Positions 1 through 12,537 of a DNA stretch of 64,000 bases are shown here, in pieces. This DNA comes from Podarcis pityusensis (lineage: Eukaryota): assembly GCA_964106645.2 (NCBI GenBank), contig OZ067047.1, one strand, 5' to 3'. The translations under genes were made by a program, and so were the position numbers. The notes beneath the pieces are model-generated. The model had not been told where the DNA came from and searched no databases. It saw only the letters and a program-made list of their open reading frames with translations. How positions within the stretch are numbered: position 1 is the stretch's first letter; the number at the start of each line of letters is the position of its first letter.

Positions 1-851
1 CTAGATGTGTGGCTAGAATCAGGATGGAGGACAACTTCCCCTCCTGGTTGCTATGTCACCAGATGCGCTTTGCAGCCACCTCAAGGTTCGTGGATGCTTA
101 GCAACTGCAGGAATGTTTTCTCCATTTTCTTCAAACATCCAACAAAATAGCTAGCTTGGAAACTGATAAGCCACTTCTATTAGAGAGAGGAGGCAATGGC
201 TGGCTAGATTATTAGACCTTGGTCCTCCAAGATATTGCTGAACTGCAAGTCCCACCATCCTAGAACATTGGACATACTGGCTGGGGTTTACTGTAATTAG
301 AGACTTAAAACATCTGGAACATCAATGGGCTACGATGCTTGGAATATGACAGTAGTTCATCTATGAGTCTTTATCTAACTACATTAAAAATCATGACTTA
401 ATCCATTATGCCTTTAGTACTGCCGCTTAGTTGTGGCAGGGCATGGGAACCTTTGGCCAAACACATAAACCATTATTTCTCCCCTAATAACCTTACTGAA
501 ATCAGTAGTTAAAATCAGGGCAGTTCAATTTACCATCTTGATTCAAAATGGCATCCAACGACAAAAACACGTACATCTTCAGAACCAAAATTCGGCTGTG
601 ATCTCATGAAAGGTATCCAGAGGCACAGGAAAGGACAAAATATGTAGAAGAATATACCAGTGGAGCATAAGTGTGACCACAAGCATTAAACAAAAGAAGC
701 TTTGTTGTACTTACTCAGAGCATTGGGCCAGCTGGCTCAGCATTGTCTACACTGAATGGCAGCGACTCTCCAGAGTTTCCGAAAATTATCTTCCCCTCAG
801 TCCTTCCTGGAGGTTATGGGGATGGAACAAGGCATGTGTATACCACTAGGC

Positions 852-987
852 CAGGCATGGCCAAACTTGGCCCTCCAGCTGTTTTGGGACTACAATTCCC
901 ATCATCCCTGACCACTGGTCCTGTTAGCTAGGGGTGATGGGAGTTGTAGTCCCAAAACAGCTGGAGGGCCAAGTTTGGCCATGCCTG
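852..987. mobile_element. hAT-type palindromic MITE (~136 bp)
   Basis: Long terminal inverted repeat CAGGCATGGCCAAACTTGGCCCTCCAGCTG...; perfect 8-bp TSD CACTAGGC at 844-851 and 988-995. Confidence 0.9.
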
Positions 988-1839
988 CACTAGGCTATGG
1001 CCCTTCCATGGAGGCAAAGAGATGTTCTTACAAGATTTCAGATCCACTACCCCACATCTGATCCCTAGAAGGAGGCCCTGAATGGCCAAGAGGCCTTGAG
1101 TCCTTAGCCAGCTCATATCTCTTTCTTTTTCTGAGGCCCTCCCTTCTCCCTCTCTCAGAAAAAAAATTGCCAACAAGTGTTTTACACACACACACGTCTC
1201 ATATGGAAGGTCGTCACCTTCTCCAGGCTTCAATGCTTTATCGTCTTGAAAAAGGCTCAGAGAAATTCTTCAGCTGCCTCAGGAGACCATCTCCTGTCAG
1301 CAGCTCTCATTGATGAAATGTCAAAAATCAACATGAACCACTTGCCTAAGCAAGGAATAGTCAGCTAGGCATCAGGAGATGTTAGGCCTTGATTGGGGAA
1401 CCTTTGGGACTGTGTGTGGCTGCCCTTACCACTACAATGAGCCACTGGATTACATATTATAGCAGGGGTAGCCCAAAAGGCACCCTCCAGATGTTTTTGG
1501 ACTGCAATTCACATCATCTGCAGCCAGCAGGGCCAATGGTTAGAGGTGATGGGATGCTGTAGTGCAAGAACGTCTAGAGGACAGCACATTGCCTTTCCCA
1601 GTGTTATAGCATATGTGTGGGCAGCACCATATCCTGAATTGACCCTGCCCAGCCAGATTATCCTGGGCAGGAAGGGACTGCAAGACGGTTTCCTGCCCTA
1701 GCTAAGCCTCGCTTGAGAAACAAGGTCTTCCTGAGCTTTGCCATGGTCATGTTTCCCAGGAATGGAGAACCCCAAGCCATGCAGATGTTGTCAGACTCCA
1801 AGTCCCATCAGTCTCAGGAAGCAGTTATATTTTTTATTT

Positions 1840-2035
1840 ATTGTGTTTATATGGCACCTTTTTTCTCCAAGGAAACATACATGGTTCTCCCCAGGCTTAT
1901 TTAATACCCACAACAACTCTGTGAGGTAGGTTAGGCTGAGAGGCAATGACTGGCCCAAGGTCACCTGATAAGCTTAATGGTCAAGTGGGGATAGAAACCC
2001 TTGTCTCCCAGGTCCTAGTCCAACACTCTACCAAC
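1840..2035 (-). mobile_element. Old MIR/CORE-like SINE relic
   Basis: cacaacaactctgtgaggtagg...tgactggcccaaggtcacc motif resembles the CORE-SINE core; boundaries approximate. Confidence 0.6.
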
Positions 2036-2174
2036 CAGCTCACATTTTCCACATCTCCACTTTAACCTTTGCTTGTCCTTCACTTCGGGCTTGCTCCCGA
2101 CTCCAACCTCCTGGCTTATCCTTTGGTCCTGACTACTGGTTTCCTCAGAGACATGACCACTCATCTCTTATCCC

Positions 2175-2586
2175 TACATATCCCTCCCAGTACGTTTCCG
2201 AGCACAATTCAAAGTGTTGGTGCTGACCTTTAAAGCCCTAAACGGCCTCGGTCCAGTATACCTGAAGGAGCGTCTCCACCTCCATCGTTCTACCCGGACA
2301 CTGAGGTCCAGCACCGAGGGCCTTCTGGCGGTTCCATCACTGCGAGAAGCCAAGTTACAGGGAACCAGGCAGAGGGCCTTCTCGGTAGTGGCGCCCTCCC
2401 TGTGGAACGCCCTCCCACCAGATGTCAAAGAGAACAACAACTACCAGACTTTTAGAAGACATCTGAAGGCAGCCCTGTTTAGGGAAGCTTTTAATGTTTG
2501 ATGTAACATAGTATTTTAATATTCTTTTGGAAGCCGCCCAGAGTGGCTGGGGAAACCCAGCCAGATGGGCGGGGTATAAATAATAA

Positions 2587-2637
<51 letters not shown>
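2175..2637 (+). mobile_element. L2-clade LINE 3' fragment with (TTA)n tail
   Basis: ORF 2214-2501 (KVLVLTFKALNGLGPVYLKERL...RAFSVVAPSLWNALP) is a typical L2 ORF2 C-terminus, followed by a 3' UTR and (TTA)n. Confidence 0.85.
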
Positions 2638-2638
<1 letters not shown>

Positions 2639-3576
2639 TGCCCACCCCTGACAACCAGCAGCCCTAAATGTTAAATTGCTTTCTCATCATAGCAGATTGG
2701 GCTGTTTGTATACTACTCCAGAGCATTAAACAAAAGAGGGGAGAGCAATTTAAAACTTTGTGCATAAGGAACTCTATGTACCAGGCAGATGTGGTGAGAT
2801 TTATGTGAAGTGCGGGCATTCAACAGGTAAAACTCTCCCGATCACTGCATCTCCCTGTTGGGGGAAAGCAGTACCTGTCAGATTTCTGCTGGTCGCACAT
2901 TTATTAAAGGGACACAAGCCCCTAATGGGGAAAACGTGTAAATCCCAGCACGCACCTCTGAGCTTTCCATAAACATATTTTCTGTGCTGTGAGAATAATC
3001 GCTCTTTTTCTGTTTTGTTTCCATATACTGCAGATGGAGGAAGAGGGGGGTGTGAACTGGAATATCCCTATGACTTAAATAAACCTTTCTTTGCTTAGAC
3101 AATATCATGGGCGTAGGGGGGGGGCAGAGAAGGGCAGCTGCCTCCCTAAATCAACAAACATCAATAAAAAATACATAGGAAACTGAAGTTCTGCCCCCCC
3201 CCCAACAAAAGGCCTGCCCCCAGCAAAAATCCTGGCTACACCTATGGACAATATGCAACACTCCTCCTTGGTTATGGTTCAGAATACGGGCCGCTGAAAG
3301 GCTAATTGCCTCTGCAAGGGGAGCAGTCTCATCTGTCCCCAATAAGTCTGAAAATGCGGCTGAATCCTGTCGTGCCAAATCCAGCCAGGTGCCTGAACCA
3401 GGTTTTTGCTCTGCTCCTTCTCCAAGCTGAGCCGATGTCTCCTGCTCCCTCCCACCTCCCAGGTGGGAGAGGCTAGACTGCTTCGTTTATGATGATGCAA
3501 TGCTGGGGCTTGTGGCCAAACAATTCTGCAGGATGCAGGTTGGTCCGGGTTTTACCTTTGGCCCGCTGAAAGGGAG

Positions 3577-3632
3577 TCTCTCTCTCTCCTTCTCTCTCTC
3601 TCTCTTTCTCTCTATCTCTCTCTCTCTCTCTC

Positions 3633-3667
<35 letters not shown>
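3577..3667. repeat. Compound (CT)n(CA)n microsatellite
   Basis: Directly visible. Confidence 0.95.
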
Positions 3668-3668
<1 letters not shown>

Positions 3669-3913
3669 TGCATATTATTTCATCGCTTGCGCCTGCTCCT
3701 CCATCGAACGGCAACCAAGGGCTTCTTCCCAAAGGCTTTAGGGCTGCGATCCTGTATACGTTTCCTTAGGAGCAGCAAGGCCCGTTGAACTGAGTGCGTA
3801 AATAGCACAACACGGGACTGCGCTTCACAGGCTGCAGTCGTAGGCGCGCTTTAACCCTGGGAGTCAGCTCCACTGCACTCAGTGGGATTTACTCCTGAGT
3901 AAGCACACACAGA

Positions 3914-4289
3914 GGGACGCGGGTGGCGCTGTGGGTTAAACCACAGAGCCTAGGGCTTGTAGATCAGAAGGTCGGTGGTTCAAATCCCCGTGAGGGGGTG
4001 AGCTCCCTTGTTCAGTCCCAGCTCCTGCCAACCTAGCAGTTCCAAAGCACGTCAAAGTGCAAGTAGATAAATAGGTACCGCTCCGGCGGGAAGGTAAAGG
4101 CGTTTCCGTGCACTGCTCTGGTTTGGGGATGTCTGATTTAAATTCTGGTTCGCCAGAAAGCGGCTTAGTCATGCTGGCCACATGAGCCGGAAACTGTACG
4201 CTGGCTCCCTCGGCCAGTAAAGGGAGATGAGCGCCTCAGAATCGTCGGCGACGGCGACTGGACCTAAGGGTCAAGGGTCCCTTTACCTT
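3914..4289 (+). mobile_element. Sauria SINE
   Basis: tRNA-like head (GGTGGCGCTGTGG A-box, GGTTCAAATCC B-box), ACCTTT tail, TSD TAAGCACRCACAGA at 3900-3913 and 4290-4303. Confidence 0.9.
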
Positions 4290-5419
4290 TAAGCACGCAC
4301 AGACTGGGGCTGTGAAAGGGCGCGCGGATCAGGTTGTCGACTTGGAGAATAGTGCCCATTGAACGTAATCGGCCTTACTTCCGAGTAAAGGGGTGCCCTT
4401 CCGCTTCGATTCCAGCCTCCTTGCAACCTCTCCTTTTTTTCCTTTTCTGTTTTTTTCTGCTTGTGTGTCTCACTGCCTGAAGGAGAGACCCAGCCCACCT
4501 TGTTACTAAGGTTTCCTGGGTTTCTTCTCAGGCTTATTAAAGGGAGGCGCGTCTCCGCACAAACAGATCATTATTAAATTCCCTACCACCCACCCCACCT
4601 CCGCGCTGCCACCGGCGCGGCGGGTAGGCGAGCGCAGTCTCGGTGGATCGGAGAAGTAGGAGGAAGAAGAAGAACAAAGCTAGTCCATTGATCTGTTCTC
4701 TCCTCCGCCCCCCAAAATAATAACCCTGGATTGTGGAAGCCCATTTCGTTAGCGGGAGCAAACCTGATGCAAATCATTAGGTTGGGCTCTCAGCATCTGG
4801 ACTATGGGATGGGGGTAGGGGAGGGAGAGGAATACAGGAAAGGCAGCAATTTGCTAGCACAGTCTTCCTCCACTGCTGCCTTCCAGATGTCTTGGGCTAC
4901 CACCTCCATCACTCTGGCTGAGGTGACTGGGCGTGGTGGTCCAAAACATCTGGAGGAAACCAGGGTGGAGAAGGCTACCCCAAAAGGCGAAGAAAGCACC
5001 ACTGAACTTATGGGTACTGTTCCTTTTCTTAATGCAGGGGGTAGTCAGTGTGGTGCTATCCACACGTTTGGGACTACAGTGTACAGCCCACACTGGCTAG
5101 GACGGATGGGAGTCCGCCACTGGAGGGTTCTACACTGGCTGGCCCTGTCTTAATGGAGTTTGGCAAGCTGCACTTGGAGCTTCTTGGTGGATGTTTGCCT
5201 CCATTTAGAGTCAGCAACTGGAGGATCATCAGCTAAGTTGAGACTCTATGATTCTGTGATTCCTGGAAAATCCAAAGGAAGGATATTCCATCCAGCCCAA
5301 TATTGTGTGCGCTGGGGGTATTGTTGGTCTACAATTCCCATCTTCCCGGTCCATTGGTTGCACGGGTTGGGGCTTATGGGACTAAGAGGACCACCAATTC
5401 CCACTTAGTATTCCCGCTT

Positions 5420-6243
5420 GTATTAAGTTTTTAAGTTTTTATTTATTGAGAAAAAAAATTATACATATAAAACATAGCTATTTCAAATATTAAAATACAG
5501 AGTTCTTTCAAACCCTTAGATCTCCTTCCCTCCCTCTATGGGTTCCATCTTTAAGATTAAATTTACTGCATCTTTTACCCTTCTCTAACTATTACCGGTA
5601 TATAACCATAATTACCATTAAAACAATTCCACATTACAAGTGTCTTTACATCCCTACCAAAGATTTTAACTCTTTACAGTGGGCTTTTAAGTAAATTACA
5701 AATTTACTCCAGTCTTTAGAAAATACTTGATCTTCCTGGTTTTGGTTCTTCCCATCAGTTCTGCCATTTCTGCATACTCCATCGGTTTCATCTGCCATTT
5801 TTCTTTTTTTGGTATTTTTCCTTCCTTCCACCTCTGGGCTAGTAGCATTCTCGCGGCCGTTGTTGCATACATAAAAAGTCTTTTTTCTTCTCTTGGAAAC
5901 TCTTCACCTATACTACCTAGTAAAAAGGCTTCTGTTTTTTTAACAAATGTATTTTTAAACATTTTCTTAAGTTCATTATATATCATTTCCCAGAAAGCCT
6001 TTACCAATGTACATGTCTACCACATATGGCAAAAAGTGCCCTCTTTCTCTTTACATTTCCAACACAGTTTACAACTTGTTTTGTACATTTTAGCAATTTT
6101 ACTCAGTGTTAGATACCAATGATACATCACTTTCATATAATTTTCTTTCAACAAACAGCATACAGTAAATTTAATTTCCTCTTTCCATAACTTTTCCCAG
6201 GATGAAAGTTGGATATTATATCCAAAGTCTCTAGCCCAATGTA
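5420..6243 (-). mobile_element. L1/Tx1-clade LINE 3' fragment
   Basis: Frameshifted minus-strand ORFs with CWKCKEKEGTFCHMW (ORF2 C-terminal Cys/His zinc-knuckle-like region) and ATTAARMLLAQRWK; A-rich 3' end with AATAAA near 5440. Confidence 0.8.
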
Positions 6244-7836
6244 TTCCTGGTCTGCTCTGATCAGCAGTGCCCCTAAGGCGTGTCCAGCAGAGATATTTCC
6301 CATCCATCCCCTGTTTCCTAGAACTTTCATCTAGAGATGCAAGGGATTGCGATTAGGACCTTCTGTAGACAAAACACATGTTGCATGCCAGTGTAGGAAG
6401 CCATGGTGTTTCAGAAGTTTTTGGCCTCCCAATTCCCATCAGCCTCAGCCAGCATAGCCTATAGTTATGGATGATGGGAGTTGTAGTCCAGCAAAATCTG
6501 GAGGGCCACAGGTTCCCCACCCTTGCTAAATATTGAGCAATGGTCCCTCCCTATGGTGATGCCTGATTCCTTTCATTGCCAGTTTAACAGCGAAAGAGAC
6601 ATGTGGCTGGAAGAGCTGTTGCAACAATGAGACTTACCGGAAGATTTCCTTGTGGTTTTGAAGAGCACCACCCCTCTTCTATCTCACATTTGCACCCTTC
6701 TCCCAAGGAGCTCTGAGTGGTACCTGTAGGCCATTGTAGGGTTATTCCAATATTATTTTCACAATGACTCTGTAAGGCTAGTTAAGCTGAAGGAGTGTGA
6801 ATGGCTGATGGCCCATCATGGCTTTGCCAAGCCAAGTCCAATGCTCTATCACAGCATGCCCTCTTAGGGAAGGGACATGAGCTGCTAACCATGGGCCTCA
6901 TGGCTTTATATGGTAATGAAAGGGTGACCACTATCCGGAAACACTGTTGTTTCTCAAGCTGGGCTAAGATGTGGAGGATGTGCAGTTGTGAAGAAAAAGT
7001 ACTGGCATCTAACAGAGTCTATGTGGCCTTCCAGATGTTGCTGAATTATAACTGCCATCATCCCTGGTCATTGGCCATGCTGGATGGGTTGATGCAAGCT
7101 GGAGCCCAATAACATCTAGAGGGCTCCAGGTTAATCAGCCCTGCTTTAGATATTCATCTACCACACCAAAATCCCTTCAGCCTATGTCCTTCTTTCATCC
7201 TTATTTTGTATGCATCTAAAGCCTAATGGCCAGAAACATATATGTGGACTGTTCACCTGTATGCATGGAATGAGTAGTGTCCAATGAGCACACACGGCCA
7301 TGGATTTGAGTACAGTAAATGCATGTCTCACTGCACAATTCTACAAATGCCTAATTGGAAGTAAGTCCAGTTGAGCTCTATGGATCTGGCTTCCCAATAA
7401 GTGGTAAAGGATTGCAGCCTGACAGCTGTAATTACTTGGGAGTAAGTCCCAACTGAAATCAATGGAACTTGCTTCTGAGTAAATAATGTTGAATTAAACT
7501 GCATGTCTCATGGACTTTCACTGAGTTTCTTGTTAGATAATGCTAACATCCTAAGCAAACATATCCTGGAAGTAAGACCCACTTAACTTGCTCTTGAGTA
7601 AATATGCTTATATATCAGAATGTGCCAGTGCATTTATGATTTCAGCCTTGAAAGCAACTTCTATCAAAATGACTGTATCCTCCTAAGGGAACCTGGTTGT
7701 GATTGTAGCATTAGTTTTAAGAGACGCTTTTCACCTCCGTTTATTTATTTTTTCTGCCTTTTGCGCCAAAATGACCTTCATTGTATTTTCCCTCCTTCCC
7801 CCTCCACCATTTTCCCCCTTTGAAATAAAAAGAGTT

Positions 7837-7855
7837 CAGTGCCATCTAGTGGGGG
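7837..7855 (-). promoter_or_regulatory. CTCF-binding motif (predicted)
   Basis: Minus strand reads CCCCCACTAGATGGCACTG, matching the core CCACYAGRKGGCR. Confidence 0.6.
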
Positions 7856-8089
7856 AGGGGGTTGGGAATCCAAAAGCAGCTGCCTTTTTTTCTGGGATCA
7901 GTGGTAGGCAGGCAATGTAGAACAATGGCTTTTGCCTTCCCCTTTTTGTGGCTTCTGGGAAGTAAGAGCTAATTCACACAAGACAGACGGATCTCAAACC
8001 GTTTACCTGGAAATCTGCCTTTGAGTTAGATGACCATCTAGCTCAGAAATGTCTGCCTTCTCCAACCCAGTGCTCTCCAAATGTTAGGC

Positions 8090-8207
8090 TCATAGAACTG
8101 TAGAGTTGGAAGGGACCCTGCAATGCAGGAATATGCAGCTGTCCCATACAAGGATTGAACCTGCAATCTTGGCATTATCAGCACCATGTTCTTACTGACT
8201 GAGCCAT
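8090..8207 (-). mobile_element. tRNA-Ile-like SINE with CR1-type tail, inside a MITE relic
   Basis: Reverse complement GCTCAGTCAGTAAGAACATGGTGCTGATAATGCCAAGATTGCAGGTTCAATCC resembles tRNA-Ile; 3' CCCTTCCAACTCTACAGTTCTATG resembles the CR1 3' end. Confidence 0.7.
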
Positions 8208-8679
8208 TCAGGACATGTTGCTGGACGACAGTCTGACAATTGACCATACTGGCTAAAGTCTGATGGGAGTTGAAGTCCAAGAACATCTGGAGGGCCACCG
8301 GTTCTCCATTTGTGGCCACCAAGGACCAATGTGGCTGTAGCACAAAGTGAATTCACTTTTATTTGGTTCAGGGCTGACCTTTATGTTTTTGAGCATGCTG
8401 ACTGCTGTTTGGGAGCACATCCACCCACACATTCCTCTCTAGGAACCCTATTTACCTCGAGCCCTGTGAGTCTTGGCATAACGGGGGGGAAAGAGGAGAA
8501 AAACACCAGCTGTGATTTATTGACTGGCTTTCAGCCTGGAGATTGCTATTTGAGGAGCCCTGCTGTGGGTTAGCAAGCAGCTGCCAGTGGTCTGCCCCAA
8601 AGAGGATGCTACCGCTTTTGGAGTCACTACTTTGGTGTTGCCACAAATTTGCAAGTGCCACTCTCTTACGTTTATTTAC

Positions 8680-9245
8680 GGGACAGCCTCTCTTGGTAAA
8701 CCCCGCAGAGGACTTTAAGGTCCATGAATAGTTTAGAGGTCCTGGGCCCTAAGGAAGTCAGATTATCCTCCAGGGCCTTCTCAGTGATGGCTCTGACCTG
8801 GTGAAATGCTCTGTCCCATGAGACCAGGGCCCTGCAGGATTTAACTTCCTTCCTCAGGGCCTGTAAGACAGAGCTATTCCACCTGGCTTTCAATTTGAAC
8901 TTAGCCTGATCTTTTATTCCTTCCTTCCCTCCCCCTCCCCTTTTTATGAAGATTACCCACTCTGGGATCCCACAGATAATTCTCCCCTGGTCTCCTTGCT
9001 GGCCCAAATAGGACTAATTTAGCCAGCTAGCCCTGGTGATCATCTAATGTTTATTGGATGGATTTTCCCCCTAAATTGATTTTAGAATTCTGAATTTATT
9101 GTTATTCACATTTTATACTGTATTTTATGCTGTTTTTTGTTGCATCAATTAGTGTTTTAAATTTGTTGTTAGCCGCCCTGAGCCTGGTTTTCTAAACCGG
9201 GAAGGGTGGGGTATAAATAATTTTATTTTATTTATTTATTATTAA

Positions 9246-9281
<36 letters not shown>
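8680..9281 (+). mobile_element. L2-clade LINE 3' fragment with (ATT)n tail
   Basis: agggccttctcagtgatggctctgacctggtgaaatgctctg (RAFS..AP..WN motif, degenerate); 3' end gccgccctgagcc...ggggtataaataa + (ATT)n. Confidence 0.75.
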
Positions 9282-9283
<2 letters not shown>

Positions 9284-10230
9284 TTGCTGTGTTACTAGTG
9301 TGGGAGATTTTTTGCTGTGGATGCGCAATGTTTCATGCCACTCAGGGCAAAAGCCGAGGTGGGGATGAAAGGTGGGAGTCCATTGGCACAAAGCGAGGGG
9401 CTCTTTATATGTGAAACAAAGGGAGAGTGAGTCAGCTGCCCCAGATAAGAGATGAGATGGGAACCAATGCTAAAGACCATTTGTTCATTTCATTCAGTTG
9501 GATACAATTTTCTCTGCCCAGGTTAAACTGGAAATCTTAACAGTTGTCCTTACTGCAGTTTATGAAGAGGATGGCAATTTGTTTATGTTGTATATTGGAT
9601 TTGCCATTATGGATTCTGCATTTTCTCTCTGTCTCTCTGTCACTGTGTGTATGTAATTGTATTTCTTTGTGCCCCACTCTAGGACTGAAATATTCAATGA
9701 AGAGTGGGTTATAAATAGAAATAAAACAGAAAAATGATCATAGTGCCAAACATATAGTCCTAAACTCCTAGAAAAGGAAACTTAAAAGGAGGGGCAGAAC
9801 ACCCTTTCACTGTGTTGTAACTACCAATTTGTTTCACATATTTGAATGGAGCAGGTTGCAGTAGTCACAGGGGAAGGTGGCACAGACTAAAGCTATGGCA
9901 AGTTTGGAAGGGAAGAGGCAGCACAGTGGGGTAAAAGATGGGATCTGGCCCAAAGGGAAAACTCAGGGATCAGCAGGTACTGTTAAGAAAGGAACCCTCT
10001 TAAAAGTTTTGACCAGCTGAAAGCTATAAGATACATTAAAGGCAGTCGGAAACTCCCTCTGAATAATGCATAACTCCAGTCATAATTCATGGTGTATGAA
10101 TATTTGCTAGCTCTATGCAGTCTCTGAGGCTGTGTGCATGAATGGGCTCTCTTGCCTTCCTTCTTTTCCTCTCTGCCTTATTTCCTAGCAGGACTATGTT
10201 TTGCAGGACCCTTCGCCAAATGCATTAGAA

Positions 10231-10366
10231 CAGGCATAGGCAAACTCCAGCCCTCCAGATGTTTGGGACTACAATTCCCATCATCCCTGACCACTGGTCC
10301 TGTTTGCTAGGGATGATGGGAATTGTAGTCCCAAACATCTGGAGGGCCGGAGTTTGCCTATGCCTG
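10231..10366. mobile_element. hAT-type palindromic MITE
   Basis: TIR CAGGCATAGGCAAACTCC; TSD CATTAGAA on both sides. Confidence 0.9.
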
Positions 10367-12071
10367 CATTAGAAGAATCCTGCTGGTTCAAGCGCCCCTG
10401 CCGATCCAGCATCCTGTTTCTCACCTTGGCCAACCAGATGCCTCTAGGAAGCCCACAAGCAGGGTGTGAGAATAATAGCCCTCTTCCACTGCCTCTGATC
10501 TTGGGAGTAGCATAGAGCCATTGTGACCAGCAGCTTGGGATGGAAGGAGGCTGTGATTTCCATCCCGTCCTGTGTTTGCTGCTTCCATTCCACTGCAGTT
10601 CATATTCCACGAATACCATCTGCTGTGGCTGAGCCTAATGATGTAATTATAGAATAAATTTCAATGAATGGGGAAACCTAAAAGCAATGCAGAAAATAAC
10701 ACAATGATTTACATAGCATTTATGGACTAAAGGAGACATGGTAGCAAATGCCACTCGTATACACTTGCATGGTTTCCGTTCCTGGCCTCCAGTGAAAGTG
10801 CAGCAATTTCTGCTCCTGTTTCCATTTCTGACTGAATTCTCTAGCATTCCTACTAGCAGCCAGTGAATTTCCCTAACTGCCTTTTTAAGCTATTAAAGTT
10901 GGCGACCCTCAAACATTCTGCAGCAGCAAATTCTATATGCACTGTGTGAAGAACTACTTCCTTGTCTGGCATCTCCTATCACTGAGCTCCATTGGACGAA
11001 CCTGGATTCTAGAACGACCCCTGGCTGGGTCATCTCAGTAGTGCTCCGCCCCCTCGGAACATTCCAGAGACATTTCAGTGGGAGTGTTCCCATTGATCAA
11101 TGTGAATTGCACCCACAGACTCATTGAGAAATAGACCTGGAACTTAATCCTGCCTCTCTCGAGAATGAATGCCTCATCTCCACAATGCCAGCCCCAGCTG
11201 GTGACTTGCTTTGCTGTGAACGGCTGGCATCCAATGAAATACAAGGCAGCAGTTATTTTTAGTCGACATTTGTGAATGTTAGGAAATTGCTATAGGAGAT
11301 CTGGAGTTGAGAGAAGGAAAACAAGAAAGAAAGAAAAATCCCACAGACCCAATGAGGAGCGTTTCTCCAAAGTTCTTTATATTTGTAGGAGGACAGAGAA
11401 GGAAAACCTCATTCTTCTATATCTTTGCTGGCAGCTAGTCCCAGCTGAGGAGCTTTACTCAATAGCATGAAAATATCTATAAGAACAGCTGATGCCGAGG
11501 ATGGGAAAAAATCTATTTATAAAAAGCCTACTGCATCCATCTACAAGTTTTGTATTTTTCTCCTCCCCATGTTCCTTAGGACTGGATCATTTGCATGAAA
11601 AATGCACTCCGTCGTTCTTCAGAGTTCATCTGTGCCTGCAGCTTCTGCTTTCCCACCTGAAAACCTAATAGTTTTGTGAATATTGTAATGGGTTGCTGTA
11701 AAAATGATTAGATCACAAAGCACAGATTATAAATTGAGGCGGTGGCAGATGCACAGAAAGGAGAGAGGAATTCTCAAAGTGAAGAAGACCTGTTTTCCCC
11801 ACTGAATCTCTTAAGCCACAATAAAGAATGGAAGAAAAGGTATAGGAAGAAAAATACTTGAATATTTTCAGCAGCGTTGATGCTGCCCAAAATGGTTTCT
11901 TGTTGTAATTACCTAATGATGGAACTAAGGCCTTACACCCAGAGGCTGTGTGTTCCTTGAAGGTGGGTCACTGAACTGCCATTGTGAGGACTACTCCATC
12001 AATCCTAGTCATAGGAACCAGCCTTATCCTGAGCCAGACCATCGATCCATCTAGCTCAGGTTTGTCTACAT

Positions 12072-12256
12072 CGGGGTAGTCATGCTTTTTATACCTACCG
12101 CCCACGAATGCATTTTTCTTGATGGTAAAATTTCCTTACTGCCCACCAGTGCTCGATGGAAGGAGGATTCAGCTTGTGCCGTAGAACCCCCTACCGCCCA
12201 CCTAGAATCCTGAAATGCCCACTAGTGGGTGGTAAGGACCAGGTTGACAATCCCTG
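12072..12256. mobile_element. Non-autonomous hAT element (~185 bp)
   Basis: Imperfect TIRs; TSD GTCTACAT/GTCTACAC; near-identical copy at 48663-48847. Confidence 0.85.
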
Positions 12257-12403
12257 GTCTACACTGACTGGCAGCCATTTTCCAGCGTTTCTGGCAGAAG
12301 CTTTCCCCAGCCCTACCTAGAGACTGCTAGGGCTTGAACCTGGGACCTTCTCCATGCATGCAAGGCAGATGCCTCAACAAGTAGCCTCCATGTGCCTTTA
12401 GAC

Positions 12404-12537
12404 CAGCAGTTCTCAACCTGTGGGTCCCCAGATGTTGGACTACAACTCCCATCATCCCTGAGCTCTGGCCTTGCTAGCTAGGGGTGATGGGAGTTGTAGG
12501 TCAACAACATATGGGGACGCACAGTTGAGAAAGGCTG
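12404..12537. mobile_element. hAT-type palindromic MITE
   Basis: TIR CAGC..TTCTCAAC; TSD CTTTAGAC on both sides. Confidence 0.85.

Noticed and set aside
852-987. Long near-perfect hairpins as pre-miRNAs (also 10231, 12404, 29346)
   Set aside because: Multi-copy MITEs with 8-bp TSDs explain the structure
8130-8207. tRNA-Ile-like sequence with a GAT anticodon
   Set aside because: Mismatched stems and an attached CR1-like tail mark it as a SINE head, not a tRNA gene
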